Source of the DNA: Chrysomallon squamiferum
Taxonomy: Eukaryota > Animalia > Mollusca
Assembly: GCA_012295275.1 (NCBI GenBank)
Contig: CM022672.1
Span: forward strand, 23,188,001-23,252,000
Direction of reading: 5' to 3'
Length of the DNA: 64,000 bases
How positions within the stretch are numbered: position 1 is the stretch's first letter; every line of letters begins with the position of its first letter. Below, piece by piece: positions 26,401 to 39,699 of the stretch. The notes under the pieces are model-generated. The model had not been told where the DNA came from. It saw nothing but the letters and a program-made list of their open reading frames with translations, and made no database searches. The position numbers and the translations under genes are program-made.

Positions 26401-28042
26401 AATGTATTACAGGTATGTAACAACAAATTAAAAAGCACATGCGAGAAAGTTTGACGAGGAAGGACATTCTCTCTCACATATAGCTCTTATTAAGAAAAAA
26501 CAAAACAAAACAAAAACAACAACAAAAAAACAACCAAAAACCCAACAACAACAAGGAAAAACAGCAACAAAAAAACATGATTTTATTGACCTAGATATTT
26601 TCCTTTCATATGGTTTCTAAGCGGTGATGAGAGATGTCTGTGGGTTGTCTTATATTCTACTGATGTACCTACACAGGTCCTCTTCCGCCATCTGATGTTT
26701 CCAATTACATATGTGATGTATTTGTTTTTTCCGGGGGTTTGTTTTCGGTCCCAGTAACTTTTTACATTTGTGTTTGTGCGGCTATTCTTTGTTTAGATAA
26801 TGCCCATGCTATTTTTATAAGTATTGTTGAATTGTAGGCTTGCTTCTTCAACATGGCTTTCCTTGAAGATTTTACTGTGTACTTCTTCTGTTGGGAATGT
26901 TATTCTATTGATATACCTTTTTATGTCCAGTTCCTTTTTCTAATCTGCTCAGTTAGGTATGTGACGCTGCTTTCTTCTTTGTTTTCTTTTACCCACAGGT
27001 TTCTTTTTCGGTCGTAATAAAATTTCTATCTTTGTTTGTGCGGCTACCTATTTGTGATTTGCTTGTTTAGGTAATGCTCATGTTTACGCGCCGTATTTTA
27101 TGACTGGAGGCTTGTATTTTCAACCAGATGTACCTTGATAGTCGACAGAACTCTATATATCAGACCAGCCGGTCCTGATTCTTCTAAGTCCTTGTGTTAG
27201 TTTTTCGTTTTTCGTGCTTTGTCTGTTTTAGTGCAGGAAAGTTATATTTCGCTGAGGATTAATTAGTTTATCTTCTTTTAATCCTCCACTATTCTGTCTT
27301 TGAAGTGAGATTATTCAGTACAAAAAGATGTTGAAACATTGCAATAACAGTAAGTAAGCGAAGATTGATAACATTAACATTTACTGGGTGTTTAATTTGT
27401 TTGTTTTTTTTATACTGGTGATATAAACACTATGGACACGTCAAAGCAATTTCGTTTCGATTGGCCTCAAGATATAATTTTATATATGTCGATATATATC
27501 ATGAGATAATCTCTATAAAATAGAAACAAAAAGGAAAACCAAAATAAAAGAAGAAAAATATATAGAAGAATAACAAAGAAACATCTTTCAAGCTGAACTA
27601 TTTTTATTAGAACATTCATTTATAAATGTATCTCTGCCTAACTGTCTGTCAGTCCGTCCATCTGTCTCTGCATCTGTCTGGTGATCTATTAATGTATTTG
27701 TCTTACTCCCTACTCTGTCCCTACCAGCCCTCCCTCCTTAATGTTGTTAGTTTTAATCTTTATTGTTTTGAATTAATACTTTTGAAAGGCCTCTAGCTGC
27801 ATGTTTATGGTAAAACTGAGTGCAATGTATTTAGTCTTCGATCAGTCATGTTAACAATTAATCAGTAAAATGACCAAGTTATTACGAAATTTGTCAATCA
27901 ATTTTTTTATTTACTCATTTTAAATGCTTGGGGATAGAAAATTATCATAAACAGATTAAGAATGGGCTTAAAATTAGAGATTCTGAATGGTAAAAAACAA
28001 CAACGGAAATTAAAGTAAAAAAGGTACAGTTTATATTATAAC

Positions 28043-28146
28043 CGGAAAAGGCATCGATCAATCTTTTCATACTTTCCTTATAAAATAAGCTGTTCATTTC
28101 AGCTCGACATTTTACCTGTTCCAACTGCGGGTGCTTGAGTTGAAAG
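28043..28146 (+). promoter_or_regulatory. GRP6 promoter and non-coding exon 1
   Basis: CGGAA at 28043, TATAAAA at 28079, donor at 28147. Confidence 0.75.
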
Positions 28147-28938
28147 GTAAGAGAGCATTAAGTATTCTAAAATATTTAGTCAGAAATATATTTTGTTATT
28201 GGCATAAATTTTCATCATAGTTTCTTTACAAGTTCTTTCTGATTTCTTTAATCTTTGAACTCCGACACGAAACTTTAATGCAGGAATTTTAATCAGAAAT
28301 CTTTATGAAGGTTCACTTAGAAATGATTAAGTTTTTACGAGTTTTAAGCTTTGTATAGATCTTTTTCCTTTCTTAAATGTTTGTTAATTATATTGGAATT
28401 AAATGGTGGTCAGTTTCTTTGTGTGTTTGTGTGTGTGGGTGTGTGTGTGTTTGTATCTGACATTGACTAGAATTGAATATAACAGTCATATTTAAAACAA
28501 AGTACTGACAGACGGTCAGAACAACAAGAAAACAGAAAATAAAAGAATGAGAACAATAATAATAAAAAAAATAATAACCAGATTAAAAAAGAAAAAAGAG
28601 GTATAATAATATATAAAATAAATCGAGAAATGAAACGAAATAAGTAATTTGAAAATCGTCATTAAAATATTAAAACCAAAAAAACAACAACAACAACAAC
28701 AAAATAAACAAAAACAACAACAACAACAAGAAAGAAACCTGTATCATTTAAATACATTAAATAAACTAGCCTACGGGAGAGTGTGTAGTATTTATCTTGT
28801 TCTGTTTCCTTGAAATTCATTTGCATAAATTACTAAATATCTATTTTGGACTAAAATATTTGATGATGAAAATTACAAATGATTATGAAAACCAGAATAA
28901 AATATAAATCGATTTTTTTTTTCGCTTCAGTTTTCAAG

Positions 28939-29625
28939 ATGATGTCGTTAATACTGTTTACCTTGGCTTGCATTTCTGGCACAACGAATGGGCAGTTTTT
29001 CTGGCCCTGTAATGCGTATTTCTATGGTTATCCGGGCTACGGAGTTGGATCTGGAACGGGACTCGCCACATATGGAACGGGACTTGGAACGGGACTCGCA
29101 ACATATGGAACTGGACTTGGAACGGGTCTCGGAACACTCGGATTGGGACTTGGAACGGGACTCGGAACGGGACTCGGAACACTCGGACTGGGACTTGGAA
29201 CGGGACCAGGAACACTCGGGACAGGACTTGGAACGGGACTAGGAACAGTTGGAACGGGACTAGGAACACTTGGAACGGGACTGGGAACATTTGGAACGGG
29301 ACTAGGAACATTTGGAACGGGACTCGGAACACTCGGGACAGGACTTGGAACGGGACTAGGAACACTTGGAACGGGACTGGGAACATTTGGAACGGGACTA
29401 GGAACATTTGGAACGGGACTCGGAACACTCGGGACAGGACTTGGAACAGGACTAGGAACAGTTGGAACGGGATTAGGAACACTTGGAACGGGACTAGGAA
29501 CATTTGGAACGGGACTCGGAACACTGGGGACAGGACTTGGAACTGGACTTGGAACGGGACTTGGAACGGGACTCTTCGGAAATCTTCTTGGTGTTGGATT
29601 TGGTTACCCACTTGTCTTGGGATAG
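28939..29625 (+). CDS. GRP6: intact 228-aa secreted Gly/Thr/Leu-rich structural protein
   Basis: Acceptor at 28930 and ATG at 28939. [18 protein letters not shown]|[15 protein letters not shown], heptad-like GTGLGT(L/F/V) repeats and C-terminal GYPLVLG. Donor 29635, acceptor 29876, AATAAA 29941. Confidence 0.92.
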   Translation: MMSLILFTLACISGTTNGQFFWPCNAYFYGYPGYGVGSGTGLATYGTGLGTGLATYGTGLGTGLGTLGLGLGTGLGTGLGTLGLGLGTGPGTLGTGLGTGLGTVGTGLGTLGTGLGTFGTGLGTFGTGLGTLGTGLGTGLGTLGTGLGTFGTGLGTFGTGLGTLGTGLGTGLGTVGTGLGTLGTGLGTFGTGLGTLGTGLGTGLGTGLGTGLFGNLLGVGFGYPLVLG

Positions 29626-30184
29626 AACTGAAAGGTAACAATATAAAAGTATTTTTCTAACGTTATCTGCATGTCTATATATCTATTTATTAAGAGATAC
29701 ATTCGTGTAAGCATGTGTGTGTTTTTGTGTCTGTCTCTATATATCTATATGTGCTTGTCTGTGAATGTGTATGTATGTATTTTGATATACGTTTATAAGT
29801 ACCTACATGTGTATATAAATTAGGTTTATTGTCATTAATTTTGATATGTTTTTATTTTTATTTATTTATTTCTCAGACGCAAACTGGCGGTAAAAATCCC
29901 GAATGAGAATAATGATCCAGTTTAGTGGTCATTTTGGAGAAATAAAATATAGTGGTACTAAAGCAAGATGTGTTATGTTTCATTTACGAGAGAGAACTAT
30001 TAATTATAATTTTGAGTCGTACAGTAAAACGTACAGTGGAACCGATTGACTTGATAAAGCTTGTCTAATTCTGTGGCGATAATATTACGTAACAAAGGTA
30101 AAATATTTATCGATCAATAGGAAAGAAAAGAAAACAACCAGAATCCTCAGAAAAATAGAAATGGAAGAATAAAAAATAACAAAA

Positions 30185-30223
<39 letters not shown>

Positions 30224-30399
30224 GCAGCAGCAGTAGTAGTAGTAGTAGTAGTAATAGTAGTTTTGCTGTTGTTGTTATTATTGATGTTATTATTATTATT
30301 ATTATAATATTCTATTTGATTGGTTTTAGTAAAATCTTTTATTATATTTTTTTAATAATATTTATCAAAAGACAAAACAAGTAAACATTAAAGAGAAAC

Positions 30400-30432
<33 letters not shown>

Positions 30433-31009
30433 AATGAAACAACATAAAAAACAGTCAAAAAATAAAGCAATGTTCCAAGGAATAAATAAATAAATAAATA
30501 ACTGAAAAAAGAAAGAGAAAAAAAAAAAGAGAAAAAAAGAAGAGAAAGAAAAAAGAAAGAAGAAAAGAAAGAAAAAGAACCAGTCCCGAAAAAAGAAAAA
30601 AAACAACAAGAAAACCCTAAAACAAACTAATAAAATAGAAAAATCTTTCAACAAAAATAACGGTAACAATAACAATAACAATAATAATAATAAAAATTAT
30701 TATTATTATTATTATTATTATTATAAAAATTCGAAATTAAACGAATGTAGAATTTTCAGGTTCCCTGCATGTTCCGCATATTTACTTTTACACATATGCA
30801 CTGCATAGAGACATGGAGATAAAAAGTACATATGGAATATTTCAGTTATTTCCCGAGAGTGGCGTATGGTACGAAAACCTGCAGTGGAACCTGATATTTG
30901 ACACTGATGGGCTAGAGAAGGACTGAACAATACAACGAAGATACTGCACAGTCAGATATATCTTCTGCACATCGAACTTTACATTTTTGCTTTTCTCTGG
31001 TTCACACTT

Positions 31010-34000
31010 GAACCATTTCCCAGTTTCTATTGGAAGCTTGATATTACTTGTTCTAAATTTAAATAGCTTCAAGCATTTTTTTATTGACACCTTTAACAGA
31101 TACTTTTCTACTATAATTTATTCTTTAAACGTTCTATAGTTAATACCTTTATCTCTGTTTCATTTTTGTGAGAACTCATCACATATGTTACATAAACTAC
31201 ATACGTCTTGGCATAGCTGTTATAGAAGATAACGAAGGACTTGATACAGCATTTATACTATGGTTATACGATAACAACATGAAAAGCACACCAGACAGTT
31301 TAAATATTTACAGTTAACAAACCTTTCACCAAAATGAAATCATTCTTGCTTTAACACTTATAAACAACGGATATCTCCTTAGTTGACCATATACCACAAA
31401 ACTCGGTGTTGTCTTGTAAAACTTGAAGTGACGTCTTTCAAATATATCGAATTACTGAAGCACTAGCGTTCACATCCATATAATAATATCGGTTTAATAT
31501 CTTGTCAAATAAATCTAACTGACAGTCGATTGATAAATTAAATTCTCTACATTTTTTTTTTAATGCAGCAAACATTGACTCTGAAGCTCGGTTGATTAAA
31601 TCTTTCTTAGTATTTATGAAGGATCCAGATTTACTTAAAACAAACTCGAGATATGTATTATATGTGAATCTAAAAGTATTTGTTTTTAAATTGTCACTGG
31701 AAATTAAAAAATCTAATCTTTTGAATTGGCAGCATTGAGATTTAACATCCATCATTTAAAAGACATTTCTAAACAGTGCACTTGATGTAAATCATTTTCT
31801 GTTTCCGCTAATTGTACAGTATCATCAGCATATAACAACACAAATAACTTAAAATACACATTAATATTTTTCGCAAGAAAATCTGTTACTGATTCAGTAC
31901 TTTAAAGTCTTCTGTGGCTAAACAATTTGCTAAATCATTTAAATATAGTGAAAATAGAAAAGTGATAACTTTTCCCTTTGCCTTACTCCAGTATTGCACG
32001 GAATATATTTTTATGTAAAGACGTTTTGTACAATTCTTGATTTTATACCGTCGTATTAAATATATTCTGAAACATTTCCCACTAATATGATAACTTAATA
32101 TTGTTTTCCATAAACCAATACACCATTCAGAATCAAAGGCTTTTTTGAAATCGATAAAAACACAATTCATATTTTTCTTCTCTCTTTTTAGTAATTCAAA
32201 TAAAGTATGAAGTACAAAAACATTATCAGTTGTAGAGTAGCCTTGTCGAAAACCAGTCTAATTTTTACCCCAGTAATTCAATTTGACCAGAGTATACCAT
32301 CAGTATATTATTAATTACAGATGTAAATAAGTTTCCTAAACCATTTACTAATATAATATATCGGTAATTTCTTGAATCATGCCGACTACCGTTTTCTTAT
32401 ATATAGACACTGTATTTCCTTCCATCCAAGCTGTAAGAATTATATCAATACTATTATCATTTGTATGAATACTATTCGAGTTTAATATTTTCCATTAATC
32501 TTTTGGATCAGTCGATCTTAGTCTTTTCAGTTTATTTTTTATATTCATTCTGTAAGTTCTTAAACTTTTGTCCAGGATTTTCTAATAGATGTATTCAGTT
32601 TTAGTTACCTCCCTTTTGTAAATAGCAGAAGCACATTTCTTATACAATCGTTTTGATTTTTTTGTAATTTTGTCAGGGAGTTTTACATTCTTTTGGTAAA
32701 CCATGCTTTACTTATTGTGAGCTTTATAGAATTTCTTCCTGTATATTTTATAGGACAAAATGTACATTGTGTAGCTGTTCCAAACGTATTGCTGAGTCTA
32801 TCAATTAATTCATTAAAAAATCTGACATTTATATTAATAAACTCACTATTATTTAACTGACAATTTATTTCATGCACTGTAATGCTATTAACATTACTAC
32901 GGAAATCATCTTTTTAAACAGTTATTCCACCTCTCTGTTTTCTCGGAACTTTGAAAAGCAATACATTTTTCATTAACAGTGTTTATATTTTGTTTAGGTT
33001 TTACTTTAATAGACAGCGGACAGTAAATTTTAGAAAAAGGTCTTGAAAATTCTAAGATTCAGAATTCATCAACCAAACTGAATAAATCACAACCAATACA
33101 ATAATTCACAACACTAGAATTTTTAAAGATAAATTTACCAAAATGTCTGGTTTATCCGTCTCAGTCATTGAGAATATATAGATTATTATAATTTCACAAA
33201 TCGCGAAGTATATTGCCATAATTATTTTCTTTTGGTTCCATACTTTTTCTTTTAAAAGGAATGTTAAATAGTTCTAATTTGTACGAGTTATAACAACACA
33301 AATAACTTAAAATACACATTAATATTTTTCGCAAGAAAATCTGTTACTGATTCAGTACTTTAAAGTCTTCTGTGGCTAAACAATTTGCTAAATCATTTAA
33401 ATATAGTGAAAATAGAAAAGTGATAACTTTTCCCTTTGCCTTACTCCAGTATTGCACGGAATATATTTTTATGTAAAGACGTTTTGTACAATTCTTGATT
33501 TTATACCGTCGTATTAAATATATTCTGAAACATTTCCCACTAATATGATAACTTAATATTGTTTTCCATAAACCAATACACCATTCAGAATCAAAGGCTT
33601 TTTTGAAATCGATAAAAACACAATTCATATTTTTCTTCTCTCTTTTTAGTAATTCAAATAAAGTATGAAGTACAAAAATATTATCAGTTGTAGAGTAGCC
33701 TTGTCGAAAACCAGTCTAATTTTTACCCCAGTAATTCAATTTGACCAGAGTATACCATCAGTATATTATTAATTACAGATGTAAATAAGTTTCCTAAACC
33801 ATTTACTAATATAATATATCGGTAATTTCTTGAATCATGCCGACTACCGTTTTCTTATATATAGACACTGTATTTCCTTCCATCCAAGCTGTAAGAATTA
33901 TATCAATACTATTATCATTTGTATGAATACTATTCGAGTTTAATATTTTCCATTAATCTTTTGGATCAGTCGATCTTAGTCTTTTCAGTTTATTTTTTAT

Positions 34001-34920
34001 ATTCATTCTGTAAGTTCTTAAACTTTTGTCCAGGATTTTCTAATAGATGTATTCAGTTTTAGTTACCTCCCTTTTGAAAATAGCAGAAGCACATTTCTTA
34101 TACAATCGTTTTGATTTTTTTGTAATTTTGTCAGGGAGTTTTACATTCTTTTGGTAAACCATGCTTTACTTATTGTGAGCTTTATAGAATTTCTTCCTGT
34201 ATATTTTATAGGACAAAATGTACATTGTGTAGCTGTTCCAAACGTATTGCTGAGTCTATCAATTAATTCATTAAAAAATCTGACATTTATATTAATAAAC
34301 TCACTATTATTTAACTGACAATTTATTTCATGCACTGTAATGCTATTAACATTACTACGGAAATCATCTTTTTAAACAGTTATTCCACCTCTCTGTTTTC
34401 TCGGAACTTTGAAAAGCAATACATTTTTCATTAACAGTGTTTATATTTTGTTTAGGTTTTACTTTAATAGACAGCGGACAGTAAATTTTAGAAAAAGGTC
34501 TTGAAAATTCTAAGATTCAGAATTCATCAACCAAACTGAATAAATCACAACCAATACAATAATTCACAACACTAGAATTTTTAAAGATAAATTTACCAAA
34601 ATGTCTGGTTTATCCGTCTCAGTCATTGAGAATATATAGATTATTATAATTTCACAAATCGCGAAGTATATTGCCATAATTATTTTCTTTTGGTTCCATA
34701 CTTTTTCTTTTAAAAGGAATGTTAAATAGTTCTAATTTGTACGAGTCAGTAAACTGTTCAATACTTTCATCCTCTGTGTTATTAAATATGCATCGTTAGA
34801 CACGCGGCTATTAAAATCATCAAACAATTCATTTCAGAAACAGAAAATTTATTATCCGATCTACCAGCACAGTGGCAGTGACATTGACTTTATTCTCATA
34901 AACTGTAGTATTACACTACA
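31010..34920 (-). mobile_element. Second copy of the CR1/L2-like LINE relic, with an internal 1458-bp tandem duplication
   Basis: CVFIDFKKAFDS, LFSLYLNDL, YADD and KFRTSNIKLPIETGKW motifs. Near-identical to 23985-26400. Confidence 0.85.
31831..34746. repeat. Near-perfect tandem duplication, 2 x 1458 bp (junction at ~33288/33289)
   Basis: Identical ORFs at 31886/33344 and 32683/34141 are offset by exactly 1458 bp. Confidence 0.92.
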
Positions 34921-35244
34921 GAGAAGAATGTATTACAGATATGTAAGAACAAATTAAAAAGCACATGCGAGAAAGTTTGAGGAGGAAGGACATTCTCTCT
35001 CACATATAGCTCTATTAAGAAAAAAAAAAAAACCCTCTCAAAAAACCAAAAAAAAAAAAAAAGAATCCCACAACAAAAATTAAACAGCAACCAAAAAAAA
35101 ACAACAACGAACAAACAAAGAGACAAAATGTAATAAAAGATAATACAGAAGTGTTTTGCGATAGAAATCTGTAAGTTTTTTGCTTTTTCTTTCTTTGATG
35201 TTTTAGTGACTTTTGTGTTCACTTTTGATTCCATTTGTCGGGGA

Positions 35245-35322
<78 letters not shown>

Positions 35323-36790
35323 ATTTAATCACCTCGCGATTTAATCCTTGTTTTTGATTTTATTGACCTAGATATTTTCCTTTCATATGGTTTCTAAGCG
35401 TTGATGTGAGATGTCTGTTGGTTGTCTTATATATTCTACTGATGTACCTACCCAGGTCCTCTTCCGCCATCTGATCTTTCCAATTACATATGTGATGTTT
35501 TTTGTTTTTTTCGTGGGTTTGTTTTCGATCTCAATACATTTTTACATTTTTGTTTGTGCGGCTATTTTTTGTTTAGATAATGCCCATGCTATTTTTGGAA
35601 GTATTGGTGAGTTGTTGGCTTGTTTCTTCAACATGGCTTTCCTTGAAGATTTTACTGTGTACTTCTTTGGGAAGGTTATTCTATTGATATACCTTTTTAT
35701 GTCCAGTTTCTTTTTCTAATCTGCTCAGTTAGGTATGTGACGCTGCTTTCTTCTTTGTTTTCTTTTACCCACAGGTTTCTTTTTCGGTCGTAATAAAATT
35801 TCTATCTTTGTTTGTGCGGCTACCTATTTGTGATTTGCTTGTTTAGGTAATGGTCATGTTTACGCGCCGTATTTTATTACTGGAGGCTTGTATTTTCAGC
35901 CAGATGTACCTTGATATTCGACAGAGCTCTATATATCAGACCAGCCAGTCCTGATTCTTCTAAGTCTTTGTGTTAGTTTTTCGTTTTTCGTGCTTTGTCT
36001 GTTTTAGTGGAGGAAAGTTGTATCTTCTTTTAATCCTCCACTAGTCTGTCTTTGAAGTGAGGTTATTCAGTACAAAAAGATGTTGAAACATTGCAATAAC
36101 AGTAAGTAAGGGAAGATTGATAACATTAACATTTACTGGGTGTTTAATTTTTTTTTTTTTTTTGTACTGGTGATATAAACACTATGGACACGTCAAAGCA
36201 ATTTCTTTTCGATTGGCCTCAAGATATAATTTTATATATGTCGATATATATCATGAGATAATCTCTATAAAATAGAAACAAAAAGCAAAACAAAAATAAA
36301 AGAAGAAGAATATATAGAAGAATAACAAAGAAACATTTTTCAAGCTGAACTATTTTTATTAGAATATTCATCTATAAATGTATCTCTGCCTAACTTTCTG
36401 TCTGTCCGTCCATCTGTCTCTGCATCTGTCTGGTGATCTATTAATGTATTTGTCTTACTCTCTACTCTGTTCCTACCAGCCCTCCCTTCTTAATGTTATT
36501 AGTTTTAATCTTTATTGTTTTGAATTAATACTTTTGAAAGGCCTCTAGCTGCATGCTTATGGTAAAACTAAGTGCAATTTATTTAGTCTTCGATTAGTCA
36601 TGTTAACAATTAAGCAATAAAATGACCAGGTTATTACGAAATTTGTCAATCAATTTTTTTTATTTACTCATTTTTAATGCTTGGGGATAGAAAATTATCA
36701 TAAACAGATTAAAAATGGGCCTACAATTAGAGAATCTAAATGAAATAAAGACGGAAATTAAAGTATAAAAGGTACAGTTTATATTATAAC

Positions 36791-36894
36791 CGGAAAAGGC
36801 ATCGATCAATCTTTTCACGCTTTGCTTATAAAATAGGCTGTTCATTTCAGCTCGACATTTTACCTGTTCCAACTGCCGGTGTTTGAGTTGAAAG
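36791..36894 (+). promoter_or_regulatory. GRP7 promoter and non-coding exon 1
   Basis: CGGAA at 36791, ATCGATCAAT, TATAAAA at 36827, donor at 36895. Confidence 0.75.
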
Positions 36895-37623
36895 GTAAGA
36901 GAGAATTAAATATTTTAAAATATTTAGTTAAGCCAGAAATATATTTTGTAATTGGCATAAAGTTTCATAATAGTTTCTCTCAAAGTTCTCTTTCTGATTT
37001 CATGAATCCATGAACTCCAAGACGAAACTTTAACGCAGGAATCTTATTCAGAAATCTTTGTGAAAGTTAAGTTACAGATGTTTAAGATTTTACGATTTTG
37101 TTCGTCTTTGTATGGCTCTTTTTGATTTCTTAGATGTTTAGGTTTTCTATCTTATTTTGTGAAATATGTTTGAATTAAATTGTTGGCAGTCTGTGTGTGT
37201 GTGTGTGTGTGTGTATGTTGTGTTTGTCTGTATGTCTGTGTGTGTGTGTGCGCGCATATATTTTGTCTGACAGTAGCTAGAAATGAAAACTACTTGCAGA
37301 CTAACAGAACAACAACAACAAGAAAACGTAAAATAAAAGAATAATAAACAAGAAGAAAAAAAAAAATCAAATAAATGAAGAAATAAAATGAAATAAATAA
37401 TTTGATGAACGTCATTAAAATACTGAAAGAAAACAATATGTATCAGTTAAATATATTAAATAATCTAGCCTACGGGAGAGTGTGTTCTATTCATTTACTT
37501 AAATTACAAGATATCTTTTTTGGACTGAAATAATTGATGATTGAAAATCACAAATTATTATTAAAACGAATAAACTTTAAATTTGATTTATAATTTGATA
37601 TTTTTTTCGCTTCAGTTTTCAAG

Positions 37624-38265
37624 ATGATGTCATTAATATTACTTACCTTGGCTTGCCTTTGTATCACAACGAATGGGCAATATTTCTGGCCCTGGAATGC
37701 GTATTTCTATGGTTATCCTGGCTTCGGGTCTGGAGGTGTAGGAACTGGGGTTGGAGTTGGTCCTGGTGGAGTTGCAGTTGGACCTGGAGGAGTTGCAGTT
37801 GGATCTGGGGCTGGAGGAGTTGCAGTTGGATCTGGGCCTGGAGGAGCTGCAGTTACATCTGGAGCTGGAGGAGTAGCTGTTGGAACTGGAGGAGTTGGAG
37901 CTGGAGTTAGTGGAATTGGAACGGGACTTGGACTAGGAAACCTTCTTGGCTCTGGACTTGGAACGGGACTTGGACTAGGAAACCTTCTTGGCTCTGGACT
38001 TGGAACGGGACTTGGACTCGGACCTTTACTTGGCTCTGGACTTGGAACGGGACTTGGACTAGGAAATCTTCTTGGCTCTGGACTTGGAACGGGACTTGGA
38101 CTAGGAAATCTTCTTGGCTCTGGACTTGGAACGGGACTTGGATTCGGACCTTTACTTGGCTCTGGACTTGGAACAGGACTTGGACTAGGAAATCTTCTTG
38201 GCTCTGGACTTGGTCTTGGATCTCTATTAGGACTTGGATCTGGTTTTCCAATTGTCTTGGGATAG
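37624..38265 (+). CDS. GRP7: intact 213-aa secreted Gly/Val/Leu-rich structural protein
   Basis: MMSLILLTLACLCITTNG|[15 protein letters not shown], a GGVAVG block, 14-aa repeats GTGLGLG(N/P)LLGSGL and C-terminal GFPIVLG. Donor 38275, acceptor 38464, AATAAA 38537. Confidence 0.93.
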   Translation: MMSLILLTLACLCITTNGQYFWPWNAYFYGYPGFGSGGVGTGVGVGPGGVAVGPGGVAVGSGAGGVAVGSGPGGAAVTSGAGGVAVGTGGVGAGVSGIGTGLGLGNLLGSGLGTGLGLGNLLGSGLGTGLGLGPLLGSGLGTGLGLGNLLGSGLGTGLGLGNLLGSGLGTGLGFGPLLGSGLGTGLGLGNLLGSGLGLGSLLGLGSGFPIVLG

Positions 38266-39040
38266 AACTGAAAGGTAACAATATTAAATTATTTTTCCAA
38301 CGTTAACTGTCTCTATTTATATAATTACTTATTGAATGTCTGTCTATATATCTGTATATTTTCTTGCCTGTGTGTGTGTATGTGTGTTCGTCTGTCTTTG
38401 TACGTACCTACAAATGTATATAAATTACATTTATTGACGTCAATTTTAATTATTTATTTATCAGATGAAGACTGTGGGTGGCGAAAACATTTACTGAAAT
38501 GAGAATAACTCATCCAGATTAGTTGACATTTTGCAAAATAAAATATAGAGCTACTAAAGCTATATGTGTTATGTTGTCTTTATGAGAAAGGAATGGCGAG
38601 AAAATGCAACTATAAATTATAGTTTTAAGTCTACATCAACAAAGCTGAAGCAGATCTCCCACACGACTTAAAACGGATTTTATTGTGGAATCAACTAGCC
38701 ATCAATTACCACACCAAGTGAGGATTTTTCGAGGCACCTTGTTAGAGCTATAAAAATTTTATATATACATATACAAATATGCATCATCAAAATCAAAAAC
38801 ATTATAGAAGATCATCTAAAAATAAGGAACAAACAACAAAAGCAGGGGTACAAAAAGCAGTTTTCTGATTTCATTTAAATTTATAATATAAATAAACACA
38901 CACAAGTAAAATCTATATATAAAAGATTGTGATAAAGAGAAAAAAAAAGAAAAAATCATCTTATTATAATAAATAAATAAATGAATGAATGAATGAATAA
39001 ATAAATAATTAAAGAAAAATAAATGATAATAGTAGTAGTA

Positions 39041-39101
<61 letters not shown>

Positions 39102-39699
39102 GCCTCTCCATTTCCAAAACAACATTTTTTTTTTTTATTATTTTTACTCGGTTCTATTTCTCATAAATAATATAAAGGATCACAGAAAACAAGAATACAA
39201 TTGCAATGTGTTAATTAGCTTTATAATTCCCACAGGAAATGCAGGAGCGTCACTGAAAAGCTGAATAAGTCTTTGAAATGTTACAATGCAGGAAACAAAA
39301 TACACATGCACAATAACTTGTGTTAAATCAACACAACAAGAGCCTGTCTGTCATCTTGATTTTACTTTAAAGAATAACGTGACCGATGAATAAACAGTTT
39401 CTTATCGCAGTGTTACTTTTCTTTTTAATATGTCATTACGGCATCTGACAGTATAATGCCTCTAAGTAAGAACAACAATGACCATGGTTTTCAATGAGCA
39501 AACAAACACATGCAGGGAAAGACCATAACTTACAAGTGAAAAAGTGTCTTGAAAGATATCACGACCGACCGGCAAGGTGTTTACTTGTAGTGTCGTAATT
39601 TGATAAGTGAAAGCTAAAACGTGACCATGATGTAAGCGCAGGGTACAGACATTAATAAACATTAGCGTTCGTCAAATGGCTGTCTAAGACGTACATATG

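Noticed and set aside
28879-28938. N-terminal extensions in the ORF track (3580, 28879, 44336, 46826, 49904)
   Set aside because: They run through the intron-1 polypyrimidine tract and acceptor. The conserved starts are 3622, 28939, 44405, 47081 and 49811.
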